A stretch of 37,032 nt of DNA from Peptococcaceae bacterium (GTDB lineage: Bacteria; Bacillota; Desulfotomaculia; Desulfotomaculales; Desulfocucumaceae), in contig JAAXTT010000001.1 of the NCBI GenBank assembly GCA_013336365.1, positions 1-37,032 on the forward strand, in the 5' to 3' direction. The translations under genes and the position numbers were made by a program. Below the pieces are notes generated by a model, which saw only the letters and a list, made by a program, of their open reading frames with translations, ran no database searches and had not been told where the DNA came from. The stretch's first letter is position 1. Each line of letters opens with the position of its first letter. Shown piece after piece: positions 35,079-37,032 of this stretch.

Positions 35079-36503
35079 ATGCCTGATAACAAGCTGCTTA
35101 GACAAATACCAACAGTAAATGAGATTATTGATTCTCCGGAAATTGCCAAAATGCTGGAAAATTATTCTCGAGAGCTGGTATTGGAGGCTGTAAGAGGGGT
35201 TTTGGCTTTAACCAGACTCAAAATAGCAAATGGCAATTCTACCACCGATGATAATATTGGCTGGCTAAAAAAGGATGTACTGTTTAAGGAAATATCCGGG
35301 TACTTGGACACCTTATTCAGACCAAGCCTGCGAAGAGTAATAAATGCAACAGGAGTTGTTTTACATACAAATCTAGGCAGAGCAAATCTTAGTTTATCTG
35401 CGGTTGAGGCAGTGAAAATGGCTGCCTCAGGATATTCCAATCTTGAAATAAACCTATTTGATGGACAAAGGGGCTCTCGCTATGCCCATCTGGAAAAATT
35501 ACTGGCCAGACTCACAGGTGCAGAAGCAGCTTTGGCAGTAAATAATAATGCGGCAGCAGTTTTGCTCAGTATTGGTGCACTGGCTAAAAACAAGGAAGTA
35601 ATAGTTTCCAGAGGTCAGCTGGTAGAAATAGGCGGATCTTTTCGTATACCGGAGGTTATGGAGCAGAGCGGTGCAATAATAAAGGAGATTGGTACTACCA
35701 ACAGAACTCATCCTGCTGACTATCAGAATGCTATCAATGAAAATACAGGATTGCTGCTTTATGTTCATAGCAGCAACTATAAGATAATAGGCTTTACTAA
35801 AGAGACCTCAATAAAACAGCTGGTGGAAATAGGAAATGCCTCGGGAATTCCTGTTGTTTGTGACCTGGGAAGCGGCTCTTTGGTAGAAATGGAACAATTT
35901 GGCCTGCCTTCTGAGATTACTGTCCAGGAGATAGTTAATTCCGGGGTAGATTTGATTACCTTTTCCGGAGACAAATTATTGGGTGGCCCTCAGTCCGGGA
36001 TAATTCTAGGTAAATCAGATTTGATAGAAAAAATCAAAAAGAATCCTCTTACCAGGGCAGTCAGAATTGATAAAATGGCGGTAGCAGCTTTAGAGGCAAC
36101 CCTACGAGAGTATCTTGACCTGAAAAATGCGGTGCAAAATATTCCGGTTTTGAAGATGTTGGCAGCGGATGAAAAGCAGTTAAAGATAAGAGCGGAGATA
36201 TTGTTGGATTTGTTGTCTTCAGAGCTGTCATTAAAGGCTGACGTTTCTGTTGAAATAGGCATTTCTGCAGTGGGTGGCGGAGCTATGCCGGGAGCTGACC
36301 TTTCTTCCCGGTTGGTAGCATTAAAGCCCAAGACCCACAGTCCTTCGTTGGTTGCCAACCTTCTTAGACAGGGTATCCCCTCAGTTTTATGTCAGCTAAA
36401 GGATAATAGACTACTATTTGATATGAGGACTTTGCTGGAGGGTGAGGAAGCACAATTGGCAGAGGCGATTATTAATGTATTCAGCGGAGAGATAACCCCA
36501 TGA
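35079..36503 (+). CDS. selA: L-seryl-tRNA(Sec) selenium transferase
   Basis: SelA N-terminus ([12 protein letters not shown]), [14 protein letters not shown] and the PLP-lysine motif [14 protein letters not shown] 35079 lies 8 nt after GGAGG. Confidence 0.9.
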   Translation: MPDNKLLRQIPTVNEIIDSPEIAKMLENYSRELVLEAVRGVLALTRLKIANGNSTTDDNIGWLKKDVLFKEISGYLDTLFRPSLRRVINATGVVLHTNLGRANLSLSAVEAVKMAASGYSNLEINLFDGQRGSRYAHLEKLLARLTGAEAALAVNNNAAAVLLSIGALAKNKEVIVSRGQLVEIGGSFRIPEVMEQSGAIIKEIGTTNRTHPADYQNAINENTGLLLYVHSSNYKIIGFTKETSIKQLVEIGNASGIPVVCDLGSGSLVEMEQFGLPSEITVQEIVNSGVDLITFSGDKLLGGPQSGIILGKSDLIEKIKKNPLTRAVRIDKMAVAALEATLREYLDLKNAVQNIPVLKMLAADEKQLKIRAEILLDLLSSELSLKADVSVEIGISAVGGGAMPGADLSSRLVALKPKTHSPSLVANLLRQGIPSVLCQLKDNRLLFDMRTLLEGEEAQLAEAIINVFSGEITP

Positions 36504-36997
36504 GAAACTTGGTGATTGGTACAGCCGGTCATGTAGACCATGGCAAGACACAGTTGGTTAAGGCATTAACCGGCATAAATACCGATAGACTCCGGGAAGA
36601 AAAGGAACGGGGAATCTCTATCGAGCTGGGATTTGCCTATTATGATTTACCCGAAGGCCAGAGATTAGGCATTGTTGATGTGCCCGGTCATGAAAAATTT
36701 ATAAAAAATATGCTGGCAGGAGTTGGCGGTATTGATCTGGTCATCTTAGTGATTGCCGCAGACGAAGGGATAATGCCACAAACGAAAGAGCATTTGGACA
36801 TTATAAAGCTTATGCAAATAGATTGTGGAATAGTTGTTATTACCAAGGTTGATTTGGTTGATGAACAATGGCTTGCTATGATTCGGGATGAGATAAAGGA
36901 TTTTTTAAAGGATACTCCTCTGGAAAACTCTCCGGTGGTAGATGTATCCTCAATTACCGGTCAAGGTATAGATACTTTATCTCATCCCGAATCATAG
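36500..36997 (+). CDS. selB: Selenocysteine-specific elongation factor SelB; N-terminal G domain only, truncated by an inverted duplication at the window end
   Basis: G motifs [15 protein letters not shown] and TKVD. The start overlaps the selA stop (ATGA). Beyond ~36974 the frame reads the antisense of its own codons and stops at TAG 36995-36997. Confidence 0.85.
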   Translation: MRNLVIGTAGHVDHGKTQLVKALTGINTDRLREEKERGISIELGFAYYDLPEGQRLGIVDVPGHEKFIKNMLAGVGGIDLVILVIAADEGIMPQTKEHLDIIKLMQIDCGIVVITKVDLVDEQWLAMIRDEIKDFLKDTPLENSPVVDVSSITGQGIDTLSHPES

Positions 36998-37032
36998 CAA
37001 GCCATTGTTCATCAACCAAATCAACCTTGGTA
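36841..37032. repeat. Perfect 58-bp inverted repeat (36841-36898 / 36975-37032) with a 76-bp spacer, ending exactly at the window edge
   Basis: I reverse-complemented 36841-36898 by hand. It equals the last 58 nt of the window base for base. Confidence 0.95.

Noticed and set aside
1144-36503. N-terminal extensions in the ORF track where a start-like triplet lies in, abuts or precedes the SD or -35 box: 1144, 5330, 6689, 17735, 21032, 23868, 24656, 27487, 33969, 35064.
   Set aside because: In seven cases (1144, 5330, 6689, 17735, 23868, 24656, 35064) the triplet lies at or abuts the 5' edge of the SD (ATG/TTG/GTG followed by GAGG or GGAGG). A properly spaced start then lies 15-18 nt downstream and yields a family-typical N-terminus. 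The other three follow the same logic: 21032 precedes the SD, 27487 is the TTG of the speH -35 box, and 33969 is 9 nt upstream of the ATG. I treat this as an ORF-calling artefact, not biology.
1-37032. Selenoprotein genes (in-frame TGA joining two adjacent same-frame ORFs, with a SECIS hairpin) near selAB, and also CRISPR arrays, IS elements, integrases and toxin-antitoxin pairs.
   Set aside because: I saw no pair of adjacent same-frame ORFs split by a single TGA, no regularly spaced repeats, and no transposase- or integrase-like translation in any of the listed ORFs. This was a by-eye scan, so short or degenerate elements could have been missed.

Overview
AT-rich, gene-dense chromosomal DNA that looks like a low-GC Firmicute (Clostridia-like anaerobe). 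Nearly everything is core metabolism on the + strand. Order: fabF' - rnc - ftsY | mtnP-mtnA-ahcY-mtaD-rlmI with a convergent class II aldolase (salvage of SAM by-products) | pabA-pabB-pabC | glpX | long-form hisG | rhomboid protease | a strongly signalled small-peptide unit on the - strand | T-box leader -> aroF-pheA | orphan ANL C-terminal subdomain gene (-) | udk-like kinase | 2x[4Fe-4S] ferredoxin (-) | yhaM | pstS-pstC-pstA-pstB-phoU | DUF360/holin-family membrane protein, a 47-aa ORF and tRNA-Pro(GGG), all on - | small ferredoxin | FAH-family hydrolase | speH | hepS-like - menG - UbiD-like - UbiA-like - mqnE-like - mqnA - mqnC-like (futalosine route to menaquinone) | selA - selB'. I recognised no mobile element, CRISPR array, rRNA, or defence or toxin module, so I do not see a convincing new multi-gene system here. 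The points worth a second look are small-scale. (1) The last 58 nt of the window are the exact reverse complement of a segment inside selB; this fold-back truncates selB. (2) An unannotated 33-aa ORF has a consensus promoter, a strong SD and its own terminator. (3) The T-box upstream of aroF-pheA has an ambiguous specifier register. (4) aroF has a split SD / hairpin / uORF arrangement at its start. (5) A perfect 14-bp inverted repeat lies between the aldolase and the pab operon. (6) A free-standing adenylation-enzyme C-terminal subdomain gene has its own promoter and SD. (7) Gene content suggests an anaerobic deaminase/DHAP-shunt style of SAM by-product salvage, in the same window as (about 20 kb from) a futalosine operon that lacks several expected genes. 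In about ten cases the ORF-track start is a start-like triplet at the 5' edge of the Shine-Dalgarno (SD) sequence, and I moved those starts downstream. All family calls come from reading motifs by eye. No searches were run.
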